Shown in pieces: positions 52,692-63,603 of a DNA stretch of 64,000 nt (positions within the stretch are counted from its first letter, which is position 1; every line of letters starts with the position of its first letter). The stretch is taken from positions 88,210-152,209 of the forward strand of contig NW_003314382.1 of NCBI RefSeq assembly GCF_000143415.4. The letters are read 5' to 3'. Origin of the DNA: Selaginella moellendorffii. Taxonomy: Eukaryota; Plantae; Lycopodiophyta. The notes under the pieces were generated by a model. The model did not search any database. It was not told where the DNA came from and worked only from the letters and a program-made list of their open reading frames with translations. The translations under genes and the position numbers were made by a program.

Positions 52692-52867
52692 TGTGAGGGC
52701 CAAGTGTACGACTACGATGCTATATATTAATATTAGCGTAGTGGGATTTTGGTAACCGTCGGATTGGTTTCAATCTGGACCATTCGCTCTTGTATATAAG
52801 CTAGGGTTTTTGGGCTAATTGATATGCACATTTCTTGTATTCCCTTTCCATATTCCAAGCACTCACA
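52692..52867 (+). mobile_element. D-family LTR followed by PBS remnant
   Basis: TGTGAG...CTCACA, colinear with 34406-34580, truncated at ~52905. Confidence 0.8.
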
Positions 52868-52905
52868 TTAGTGGAAGTGAGAGGCATCTTTGATTGTCCC
52901 TAGGG

Positions 52906-53434
52906 AAATATTTATTTATTTATTTATGTGTGTGTGTATATCGATAATAAGCCAACTGGTGCTAAAGTGCAATAAAGTATTATTAGTACTTCATTTTCTC
53001 TAACTTTATTCTCTAGATATTATTATATTAGTAAAACAAATATAACAACTGTTAAAGTTTTAATTTTAAATTTTTTATTTAAAAATAATTATAAATAATA
53101 ATACCTAATCATAAATTAATATCTATAATCATGAATTATTATTTATTAGTTTTAGTTATATTAAATTTTACAATTGGTATATTATCTGATGAGCCATGTG
53201 GTGGATGGATTAATACTTGTAAAATTCTAACACTTGAGCCTTTATACTTAAGTGTTAGTGTAAGTTGTAAAAAAATTGATAAATCTTGGCATCCATCCAT
53301 TTTTGTAATTGGTCTTTGTAGTTATGAAATTTTATATTGTAATTTGTATCCAGAAAGGAAAGAAAATAATTTAATTTGTCATGATTATCAAGGACATGAA
53401 CTTAAACTTAATAAACTTGCAGGAAATAATGATG
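52906..53434. repeat. ~530-bp AT-rich direct repeat, copy 2
   Basis: Near-identical to 50817-51351; ends exactly at the junction with the pol of C. Confidence 0.92.
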
Positions 53435-55501
53435 AGATGAGTCTGTTGCGTTTCGCATAGCCCGTTTTCTCTTCTGTTGGCAGCTCACCTCTCTAGTGAG
53501 CTTCCCGTGCCTCTAAATTCCTTAGCAACACCTCTTGTGCTAGACCATTATTCTCATATGCTGTCCGCACATCGTCCCAGAAGGTTGCTGTTGCGCTGGA
53601 TATCGCCAACTTAAAGCTCGCTTTTCGACTTAGCGCATCTGCCACGATGTTGCTCTTCCCAGGCTTGTACAAAATTTCGCAATCAAACTCGGCCAAGGCA
53701 TTGGCCCACCGACCTTGTTTCCCTCTCAGGTCGGGCTGTGACAAGAAGTGTTTCGTTGCCACATTGTTCGTGTAAACCTTGAAGTGTCTCCCAAGGTAGT
53801 GTTGCCACTCCTTGAGCGCGTTGACCACTGCAAACAATTCCTTCTCGTGGGCAAGCCACTTCCGTTGAGCCTTGTCCAACTTCTTCGAAAAGAATGCTAC
53901 TGGATGGTTGTCTTGCTTCAAAACTACGCCCAACACAAAATCCGAAGCATCTGTTTCTACCTCAAAGTCCTTACCAAAGTTTAGTAATGCCAACACGGGA
54001 GCCTTCCTCAACTTCCCTTTGAGGTGGACGAATGTCACCTCACATTCCGCTGTCCAAACCATCTTACCTTTTCCTGTTTGGTCCGTTAAGGGCAAAGCTA
54101 CTCTCGAATAGTGTCTGATAAACTTTCGGTAGTAGTTGCATAGCCCCAAGAACGCCCTCAACTCATGTACATTCGATGGTCTCTCCCATTCCTGGATCGC
54201 TTGGACCTTCTTCGGGTCCACCTTGAGCCCATCTTGGCTCACCACATGCCCAAGAAACTTTACCTCTTGTTGAGCAAAGTCACATTTGCTCTCTTTAGCA
54301 TACAGTTTGTGTTCCCTTAGTTTCTCAAACACCTTCGCCAAGTGTTTGGCATGCTCCTCTAGCGTCTCGCTATAGATCAGTATGTCGTCGATATAGACGA
54401 CCACGAAGTGATCCAGATAAGGTACAAAGATGTGGTTCATCAGCGCCGAAAACGTTGCCGGCACATTGCATAGCCCGAAGAGCATCACCAGAAACTCAAA
54501 GCTCCCATACCTCGTTCGACAGATTGTCTTCTCGACATCTTCCTCGGCTACCTTGATCTAATAGTATCCTGACCTTAGGTCAATTCTCGAGAAGTATTTT
54601 GCCTTTCCCAACCTATCGAACAGGTCCTTAATTCTTGGCAAAGGGTACTTGTTCTTCTTTGTATACTTGTTGAGCAACCGGTAGTCTATCCACATGTGCA
54701 TAGAACCATTTTTCTTTTTCACAAATAACACCGGCACCCCATACGGTGCCTTGCTCACCCTAACATACCCTTTGTCCACCAACTCCTCTAGTTGGCACTT
54801 GAGCTCTTTGAGTTCTTTTTCGTTCAAACGATAGGGGGGACGAACCACCGCCTCAGCACCCTCGACCAGCTCAATCTTATGTTCTATTAGTTGTGCGGGG
54901 GGTAACCCTGCCGATAGCTCCTCCGGCATAGTATCCTGGAATCGGTCCAACACCCACTGGATCACTAAAAGTACTTTTTCCGTTCCTGTCTTTTTGTCAC
55001 TCTTCACTAAGAGTAAGCACAAAAAGGCTGCCTTAGTTCCTTTAGTGAGTTGTCCTCTCGTGGACACCAGGTTTAAGTAGGAATCTTTGGCCTTGCTTTG
55101 CCCTACCTTTAGATCCTAGGCCTCCACCCTAGATCTTCTTCCTTGGGCATTCGCCAGTACCACAAGTTTCCTACCTTGTCCATGCAGGGCTACCACAAAC
55201 CGATTGAACTAATCCATTCCAAAGATCACGTCAAATTCCACCATGTCCAACACGGTGAAATCCATGTCTACTTTCCATGTCCCTACTTTGACTCTCGCTT
55301 GTCGAAGTACCTCATCGGTGCTTTGGTTACCTTGAACAAACTCTATAGTCCTTGGTTCGCCTAGCTGCTGCACCGTTAGTCTGGCTTGCCGGACTATGTC
55401 TACAGCCACAAAATTATCCGAAGCACCCGTGTCAATAAGGATCTTAACAAAGCTACCTCCGAGCTTCCCTCGGAGGGTTAGTAGATGTCGCGAACGATTC
55501 T
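53435..55501 (-). pseudogene. Protease-RT-RNase H of element C (in-frame stops)
   Basis: [71 protein letters not shown]. Confidence 0.95.
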
Positions 55502-55852
55502 CTACAAGCTCTATTTCGTTAAAGTGGGAATTATCATTATCCCACTTGTAAAATAAGGTTTCCAAACCTTTATATAGTATATAAATATAACAAAATTCAA
55601 CTGCATTGAGGCACATGCCATTTTATTTTAAACAAGGAAATGTCTACTCAATCACTTCTCCTCCCCCTGCCACTGCTTCACCTCTCTCTTCTCCTTGTCA
55701 TCGTCGTCCAATTTCTTTCCATCCTTTTAATATTGGCTCAGTTGCTCCGAGTCTAGGTGGAGCCCAAGTCCCCATTCAATCTTTACTTTCCCCTTATTAA
55801 TAAAACAACTTCGTAGACTTCCAATAACATGCTGTAACACGCTGTAACACTT

Positions 55853-57471
55853 CTAGTATAATGCAAATCCTCTCAAAGAATTGTCTTTTAATATTAATAC
55901 AATGGCATGGAACCCCATGCCATAATAAGTTACATGCTGATGGATGCTGAGTGTGTCATTGACCCCCAGTGTTTTCGAGAGAAGACTCGAGAATTCCTGC
56001 AATGGAAATGGCGTGAGGCCACATGCTATGCCACATGCAACGAGGCTTACCTGCCAGGCGCTAGTTGCTAGTGCACGTCCTTGTCCTGGTTTTTGTGGCT
56101 TCTTCAGTTGAACCCAGAGCTTCCGTGTTCGTGCTAATGTCTCGTGCAGACCCGATTTGTAGCACGTTTCTTGCTTGACATTCTGCGCGTGGGAGATGTA
56201 TATGATAGATCGGAGGGGCGAGTTGCCTTTTATCAGGCGGACAACTCTTGTCTTGAAGACTTTCTTCACCTCCTCGCCCACCATAATATCCACAACTATC
56301 TCTTGCATCGCCAAGCTAGAATGCTGCCCGGAGACGGCATAGAACCGGATGTTCTGATCGTCCAACACCTTCCTATTGATCAAGTCTGGAAACCTCGTCT
56401 CGCCCTTCATTGTTCGGTAGTAGGGGATCACGTCTGCGATGTCGGGTGTTACTGGACTTGCCAGCATCTTCTGCTTCAGTTTCTCCACCCACTCATCAGA
56501 TACTAGCCTATGGTTGTATTTGCTTTGGATGTCGATGTGGCTCACGTCGATTGTATATACTTTGTTGGAATAGTAACAAGTACTATTATCTGCGACGATT
56601 TTTGCTGCCTCTTCTTGCTCTTTCTGCTCTTTGCGGCTCTTCTTTTTGGTGGGTGTAGTGTTCGAACCCGAGGCAATGGCATCACCGAGTAGCTTCTTTT
56701 TTGGAGCAGGAGAGTCGGACGTCGACTTGAGCTTGACCACCCTTTTCTGCTTCGGGGTAGTTTCTAGATCGACCCCCTTCCCCTTCGCTTCGCGAACTGG
56801 AGTCACTCTCAACGGCTCAATGTTGGAATATAGTTTTTGAACATCGCCGTAGGTGAGGTCTGTGGATTCCATGTGATCTTCATAGACCCGCAGCGTCTTT
56901 GAAATTGTGGGCCTCCTGGACAACCTCTCCCTAGCTCCCTCTAGGAATTCCTCATAGCCGCTGCCCCCCTCCGGGAAGCCGTTAGGATGTGCAAGGTGGA
57001 TCTTGAAGGCGGACGCTGTCTCTACCACAAGTGCCAGTCCATATTCTTGCATGGAACTGCATAGAGTGTCTATCACTTGGATGAGGATCCCCATGCATTC
57101 TTTTCTCCCACCATCTGTGTTGTACAGCCTCAGATCCTCGCCTTCCATCCCGAAAGTCCAACTGGTGAGCTCCTCCCCCTTCTCTGCATCCACATTGACA
57201 GTGGCTGGAAGAAGAACGCAATTCCTCGCCTGTTCAGAAATGCACAACAATTAGAGCTGACAGATGAAAAGCTAGCAGTTGGAAATAACGTGAGGCCACA
57301 TGCCATTCACCACTGCATCAGATGTCTTGAGGCTGCATCCTAAGATGGCGTGAGGCTACACGCCATCTGTAATTGGACTGCACTCGAGAGCCCAATCGGT
57401 GCATGCCAATGTTGCTACTGAATGGCATGTGGCCTCATGCCATTTTCTACTTGGCCTAAAAGACTTACCAT
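55853..57471 (-). CDS. Transposon accessory protein with ParB/Srx-like domain
   Basis: 465-codon open frame; predicted ATG at 57471 with GT-AG intron 57468-57230; basic NLS-like tract; NHRLVSDEWVEKLKQKM...RFYAVSGQHSSLAMQE resembles the ParB/Srx N-terminal fold. 3' end uncertain. Confidence 0.55.
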
Positions 57472-59719
57472 TTGAAGCCGAATGGAGGCGTGACAATCGA
57501 GGCCGGACTCGCTGGCGAATGTGCACTGTGTGTGCAGCGGATCGTAGCAGCAAGGCTACTCTGCCACTTACAGTTGGAGAGTGGCGCTGAAATCTCCCGG
57601 GACGCCAAGTGGGCTGCGTGTGGGTGGCAGAGTGGGCGGCGGAGTTGGCGGCGAAGTTACAAACTGGGTGTGTCTTGAAGTGGACGCCGATGCACACGAG
57701 CGCGATGCGAGCGCGAGTGTGATGCAAGCGTGAGTGGACGCCGATGCACACGAGAAACCTATAGAGAAGGTAGATGAGCACGAATGTGAGCGTGATCGCG
57801 AGTGGGAGCACGATGCGAGCGCGAGTGTGCGAGCGCGAGTATGATGCAAAACCTAACCTCACACGCGCGAAATGTCACGACGGTTGGTAATCCCGCAACG
57901 TCATCATTCCTCGGACTTGGGCGCCACCATTAATTTCTGGATCGCCGCGCGCATGCATGCACGTGAAATCCAAAAGAAATCCGCAACGTCATCATTCCTC
58001 GGACTGCATGCACGCGAAATCCAAAAGAAAGATCATGATTGGGATATCATTTAATACCCTTGCTATATTTATACCATGCATGATTGGATATTCCAAAGCA
58101 TCTTGTATTTCCAAAAATGCCAGATGTTCAGCTAAATAAAGAATGGTATACAATGTCCTTCTTGATGATCTTGCAAAGAAGCATCTCGATCAGACACCAC
58201 ATGAGACCACACGAGCCTTACAATGTTTCAGGGGCATTTGCCATAGATCTGACCGTTATTTTGCTCCAAGATTCTACAGTTTGGTGTGCATTGACCTTTC
58301 CATCGACATTGCAAAGGGACATCACAATCAAATGCGGGATCACAAGAAACCAACTTCACTAACTCTGGTTTCACCAAGATCTACGTAAGGAGTTATGAAA
58401 TGAAAGGACCCTCTTTATTGAAATGTGTTTATGGTCCTAGGGGCATTGTGACATATCAAAGGATTTTGCATCAAGTTCTGTATTTGCATGTTTATCAAGC
58501 TACTGAATTGCTAAACCCTAAACCCTCCCTAAATATGTGGCAAATGCTGCGTGAAGAAAGATGCCCTTTCTGGGCAAATGCTGTAAGAGGCAGATGCCGA
58601 GCAGATGTATTTTAGGCTAGCAAAGGGGACAAACGAAAGCTAGCTATAAACATGACGGGATGCAAATAGATTACTAGGCTGGTCCTGCGAAAATCAAAAA
58701 CCATAATTGAAAACATTGAAAATGCAAAAAGAAAGGTTTATAATATTTTTGAATTTTTAAGCAACCAAAGGAATGTAAGTAGGGCATATGTTTGTAAGTT
58801 TAAAAATGCCTCAACCACTTAAATTCCCAAGTAAATAAAGCTGTTTCTATTTTTGGTACAGGTAAACTTTATAGCATGTGGGTTCATGCAATTTTGAACC
58901 CAAAAATGCACCAAAAAATGCTCGACTAGCATTATTCTTTGAATGGTGTGTGGCCTTATATTGCCATAAATGGACGTACATACACAGCATAATTATTCCT
59001 TTACACGGCGAATAATCTTGGCGCGGATCGCTGACATGGCATGGCAAAGTTCGAATCACTGACATGGCATAGCTGGATCGAGGCAAGGACATGATGTAAC
59101 AAAGTTCAATGTCCGATAGCAAAGTCTAGAAGCTACTCAGTTTGAAATTTGTCAGAGGAATCATAAGATCTGGTTTGTTAGAGGATTTGATGTGACGTTC
59201 AAGCGTGTGTTATTTTTGAATTCTCGAACTCATTCCTAGGTCTATCATTTTTGTGCGCCGTGTTCTTGGTTCTGCTGAGCGCAGTGAGCGCTGCTTGTGT
59301 AAGCGGCGTTGTGAGCTGTGGTTTATGCGTCTACAAGCGGTTGCGGCATTGCGAGCGCCATTGCGAGCGGCAGTTTATGCGAGTGGCAGTTTGTGCGAGC
59401 GGCGCTACGAGAAGTTGCGGTGGTGCGAGCAGCGCTATGGTACCACTAATGGTATGAGGGCTCATGCCATCTTGGGGCTTGCAAGTTCATCACTAGCATA
59501 TTGCCAATAGTTTCTTTACTTGCCTGTAGCTGTGTGTTTATCAAGATGGCATGAGGGCTCATGCCAATTTTGTGAATGTGAAATTTCACGTGGGTGTCAA
59601 TAGCATGTTTGAATAATGGCATGTGGCCTCATGCTATTGAGGTTGTTTAGTATGTTATGATTTAGGCCATTCTCCAATCATTTTTTGTATGGTCTTAACT
59701 TCTTTTCTGCACTTTCAGA

Positions 59720-60650
59720 ATGGCCTCTGCAAGTGCGACGCATGTTCCCTTCGTGGATCTTAAGAACCGTGCTACATGGATTTAGGCAAAGGTGTTTCTA
59801 CACAACCCCGAGGGGGAGGTGGTAGCTGAGGGCTTAGCCACAGTTGTCGATCCAAAAGATGCGGTTGCTAATCAAGAATTGGGCTGGGATGATATTGGAG
59901 TTGCGATTTTAGAGGTTGTTGACACAGAAGAAAACAGTCTGACTATTGGAAGCATTGTGCGGTGGAAATTGAGGCACTTAGTGTTTGAGAATGTGAAGGA
60001 TTCACAATCAAACACCACTACAACTGATGACAGAACATCTCTTCATGGGAAAAGAAAGTACACCTTCCTAAAGCGCAGCCAAAGGGATCTGAGCAACGAA
60101 CCGAAAAGGCAGAAAATGGCGATGGAGGTTTGAATGGTCTCGACAGTTGCTTGTTGCAAGAGGAGGTGCTGTCAACATGCTGATTGGGATGCTATTGAAG
60201 AGGAAAGAGCAAGATACAAGACATTGTCCTGGAAGGCAGCTCGCAATTTTGTGTATAAGGCATTACGGTCATCTGTTGATGCTTCAGAACATCAGGTGGG
60301 GGGCATGGTCTTCCAGAGGGGTTTGGTCTGCATGAAGGCATGGAGAATCATTTATGGAGTCCCTCGAACCACATTCTACAGAATCAAAACTGAGTTCGAG
60401 GAACAAAAGGTTCAACAGGCAGTCCATGGGAACGATGGTACTCACAAAACCAGGGGTCACGTTATATATGGAGAGGCAATCTTCAAGAGGTTTGTCGAGA
60501 CATGTAGCGAGCAGCAACCACATAAAACTCGCCTCTTGGAAGATGGAACTCGAGACACCCAATGAGTTCTCCCTTCCATGTATACCAAGGGGGCCATATT
60601 GGAAGATGTGAATCGGGAACTCCAGACTAGCAATGCCTCTTGCTACACCT
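59720..60650 (+). pseudogene. N-terminal half of a Sola-like transposase
   Basis: One frame broken by three stops (59783, 60131, 60563; each explicable as C>T). CCKRRCC, VCMKAWRIIYGV, VHGNDG, EQQPH..LPSMYTK motifs; catalytic domain absent. Confidence 0.6.
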
Positions 60651-61033
60651 TCACAATTAGATTCGTTAGAAAAAGATAACATTGAATAATATCTAAATGT
60701 TCTCACCATTAAGTTATATGTCTAGCTAATAGGAATGACGTTCATCTTGGAAAGCTCACCACACGCTCAATGAACAAACAAATAGTGTGTGTGCGCATGC
60801 CATCGCTCTTCTTTAGCTTCAGATTCGGCTTGTTCACCTTGACAATGAGATTTATTATACAACCAGATGGACTCAGTCTGGACACAAAGTCACCGCGCTA
60901 GTCACCATGCCCCAGATATGTCTAGCCCCTGGACAAAAAACATATAATTTCACGTCATTTTCAAATACTTGAAAATTTGTACCTAGTCCCATTTTACTGA
61001 ATAAATCCCACTTTAACGAAATAGAGCTTCTAC

Positions 61034-61300
61034 CAAAGTTGCTCGTGTAATGAGTAACTTTGAGTTAGGGACTGGATCACATACCTCAGTTTGGACTTCA
61101 CCCAACTTGATGGCCATATTGGCTCTGGCCTTCTTTGGGTAGGGACATTCCCTCGAAAAGTGTTCCGCTTCACCGCAGTTGTAGCATATGTTGTTTCCCA
61201 CGCTGCTATACAACTTGACCTTTTTATCCATGGGTTTGTCTCTTTTCGCTTGACTCCCCCACGTACTTGCTCGCTGGCCACCGGATTTGCCTTTCTGCCC
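61034..61300 (-). pseudogene. Gag C-terminus (zinc knuckle) of element C
   Basis: CYNCGEAEHFSRECP; fused upstream to the LTR poly-C tract. Confidence 0.9.
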
Positions 61301-61713
61301 CCCCCCCCCCCTTGGGAGACGCACGCTTTGGGCTTTCACCTCTTGACCCGTATTAGTACTCGGACTTAGTCTCTGGCTCGATCTTGGACTCGATCTCGGA
61401 TCCGACTTCGGATTCGGTCTCAGACTCGATCTCGGACTCGATCTCGGACCCGATCTTAGACCCGACCTCGGACTTGATCTCGGACTCAGTCTTGGACCCG
61501 ATTTCGGATCTCGGACTCCGTCTCAAGCTCGGTCTCGAACTCGGTCTCCGAGTCGATCTCGAACTCGATTCCGGACTCTATCTCGAGCTTGGTCTTAGAG
61601 TCGGTCTTGGACTCGATCTTAGACTTGGTCCCATCCGATGAACTCTTTATCATTTTGGTCATGCTTTCAGGGCTCCTTTAGCCTACGACACCTCGGTGAG
61701 TTGGTTCCTTACA
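61298..61713 (-). repeat. Truncated 5' LTR of element C
   Basis: Colinear with ~39125-39553. Confidence 0.92.
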
Positions 61714-61863
61714 CCAACCCAATAACCTAAAGATAATTAACCCTAAGTATCCCAAAACTCTTTAAAAATTGAAAAAAGGGGTGCATTCTTGTTCATAGAC
61801 CCTTTCCCTCTATATTTAACCTTTATAGATCATCTCTCAAGTCATTCATTTTAGTTGCTTATA
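61714..61863 (-). mobile_element. Right part of the split Cassandra-like solo LTR
   Basis: Continues the 38348-38388 piece, ends TTGCTTATA, colinear with ~62980-63134. Confidence 0.8.
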
Positions 61864-62684
61864 AATACGTGGTTTATCTAAGGGGCTCCTTGCTCAATGG
61901 AAAGGATCGTATTAAGTGTTGCCGTAAGTTGGACCACAAGTTTATAAAGTTCGGTATGATATAGGCTGATCCTTCAGAAATTATACATATGAAGTGGTTG
62001 AAACACTTCATACAAAGGGATTAGGAATAATTGACATGACCTTTAAATTCACTGATGTTTCCTCCTGATGTTCTTCCAAATCCCAACCCATCCACGAGAG
62101 AACCCTGACAATCTTCCATCATTTTGAGAAGAGGGATGATGTGAGGTCTAAATGTATAGCTATGATTGTAGCGTACATGGTTTTTACCCTTCATCCTATG
62201 GTGATTTACCATAGGATAACCATGAAGTGAAACTTAAACCCTCTATGTGCCACGTGTTATATGCCACATGCTTAAAGAACAGTGGTGTAGAATCCGAATT
62301 TCAGAGCTTTGGGCCACTAAATGAAAGAATGGAGTCAAACTCCTAAGTATAGAGCCAAGGAGCAAAGGAACTGGAGTACAGAGTGACTCTTAAGCATTCA
62401 ACCCAAGGAACGACTTGAAACAGTTCTAGAACATCCAGCATCCCAATGCTAGAACCAACATGCAAAATGAAGCCAAACAGAGTCTGGCGCTATTTCAGCA
62501 TACCGGTGGCCTAATGTGAAGATATAGATACTCCACTAACTAGCATAGTATAGAACTTGGGCTTAGACCCAAGCCAAACGCAAAACAAGGATAGGCACGC
62601 AAGCAGGAGTTAGAATATGCCTCAAGTTGGTCGGCCATACCCAACTTACCCATTATCCCTACCATACATTTGGAACCCCTCTAG

Positions 62685-62860
62685 GAAATAAAAGATGGTT
62701 GATTAAAGTTTAAATATAAAGTGAAAAAAAGCCTATGGAAAAAAGTGCACCCCTTTTTTTATTAGTTAAATATCTTAGAATATTTAGAGTTAAACATCTT
62801 TTGGTTTAAATAATACTAAGTTGGATGATCTTCTAGGAATTCCAAATTTGGGAGTTTACA
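62685..62860 (+). mobile_element. Cassandra-like LTR, opposite orientation, followed by degenerate PBS
   Basis: GTTAAACATCTTTTGGTTTAAATAATACTAAGTTGGATGATCTTCTAGGAATTCC is 5S-like; ends GTTTACA then TTTTATATCAAAAC. Confidence 0.65.
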
Positions 62861-62943
62861 TTTTATATCAAAACAAATCTCAAGTCATATTTTGTTTAAT
62901 TGAACACTTGGTTGCTTTAGCTAGGTTAAATCTAAAGGGTAAG

Positions 62944-63134
62944 TGTAAGCTTCTGAATTTGGACTTCCCGGAAGGTCACCCCCAATACTATTCAAACCCA
63001 AGGATGCTTAACCCCAATTATCCCAAAACTTTTAACCGATTGAAAAAAGGGGTATACTCTTGTTTGTGGGCCCTTTCCCTTTATATTTAAACCCTATAGA
63101 TCATCTCTCAAGTCGTTCTTTTTGGTTGCTTACA
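62944..63134 (-). mobile_element. Cassandra-like solo LTR with 5S rRNA-derived segment (best copy)
   Basis: TGTAAGC...GCTTACA, flanks GTAAG/GTAGG. Minus strand of 62961-63012 matches the plant 5S A-box/IE/C-box region at roughly 43 of 55 positions by eye. Confidence 0.85.
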
Positions 63135-63236
63135 GTAGGGTGTCAAGAGAGTAAGAGTCTTAACTTCCCCAAATTTTCAGATTTTAAAGAAACAAAACTA
63201 TACTTTGTTTTTCAATTGAAAAATTTAAGAGATTAT

Positions 63237-63603
63237 TGTAAGTTCTTAGATTTGAACTTTCAAATAAATCATCCAGCCCAGTACTATTCAAACCTATGGA
63301 TGTAATGTTAAATATTTCAAGAAGTTTAACTAATTAAAAAAAGAGGTGCACTTTTGTTCATAGGCCCTTTCCCTCTATATTTAAACTTTAATAAATTGTT
63401 TCTCAAGTTATTCTCTTTAGTAATTTATAATTTATTATGTTTTTTTGCATTATGAATAGAAGTTGAGTGCCGTAACTCTTCTACTAAATATTAATCTCAA
63501 CATGTAGTGTGATGCCCTTAGCTAACCAATAGAGTTAGACTTGAGAACTTTATGATACCAAATGTAAGCTCTTGGATTTAGACTTTCTGGAAAATCATCT
63601 AGC
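63237..63603 (-). mobile_element. Degenerate two-LTR Cassandra-like TRIM
   Basis: LTR at 63237-63429, ~130-bp core, PBS TGGTATCA (minus) abutting a second, truncated LTR that starts TGTAAGC at 63563. Confidence 0.65.

Larger units (their letters stand above)
55506..61029. mobile_element. TIR DNA transposon with 4-bp TSD, Sola2-like, internally deleted
   Basis: Perfect 24-bp TIR AAGCTCTATTTCGTTAAAGTGGGA; TSD CTAC at 55502-55505 and 61030-61033. Removing the element restores the host frame LITRATLVENRSRHLLTLRGK. Superfamily assignment is less certain than the element itself. Confidence 0.85.
38389..61713 (-). mobile_element. Chromovirus (Ty3/gypsy) element C, fragmented by two large insertions
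   Basis: 3' LTR TGTAAG...TTACA at 38389-39553, truncated 5' LTR at ~61298-61713, TSD CCAAC at 38384-38388 and 61714-61718. Gag, PR, RT, RH, IN and chromodomain pieces lie in correct order on the minus strand. Confidence 0.88.
34406..62166 (+). mobile_element. Old degenerate Ty3/gypsy element D, the outermost host of the nested insertions
   Basis: 5' LTR at ~34406-34580, then TGGTGGAG PBS-like sequence. RT traces FCIDYHPLNKVTIPNMYPLP and [16 protein letters not shown]; RNase H NYSMTKKECLAVVW. Integrase reads PHLTV-RGLSKGLLAQWKGSY across the 38347/61869 join. PPT AGAAGAGGGATGA, then 3' LTR from 62140, cut at 62166. Confidence 0.8.

Noticed and set aside
41313-53434. Helitron or Pack-type element as carrier of the gene block
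   Set aside because: No TC...CTRR ends with hairpin at an A/T site, no TIRs or TSD at the junctions, and host sequence is deleted.
62961-63012. True 5S rRNA gene
   Set aside because: Only the internal ~55 nt is 5S-like and it is embedded in a TG..CA LTR.
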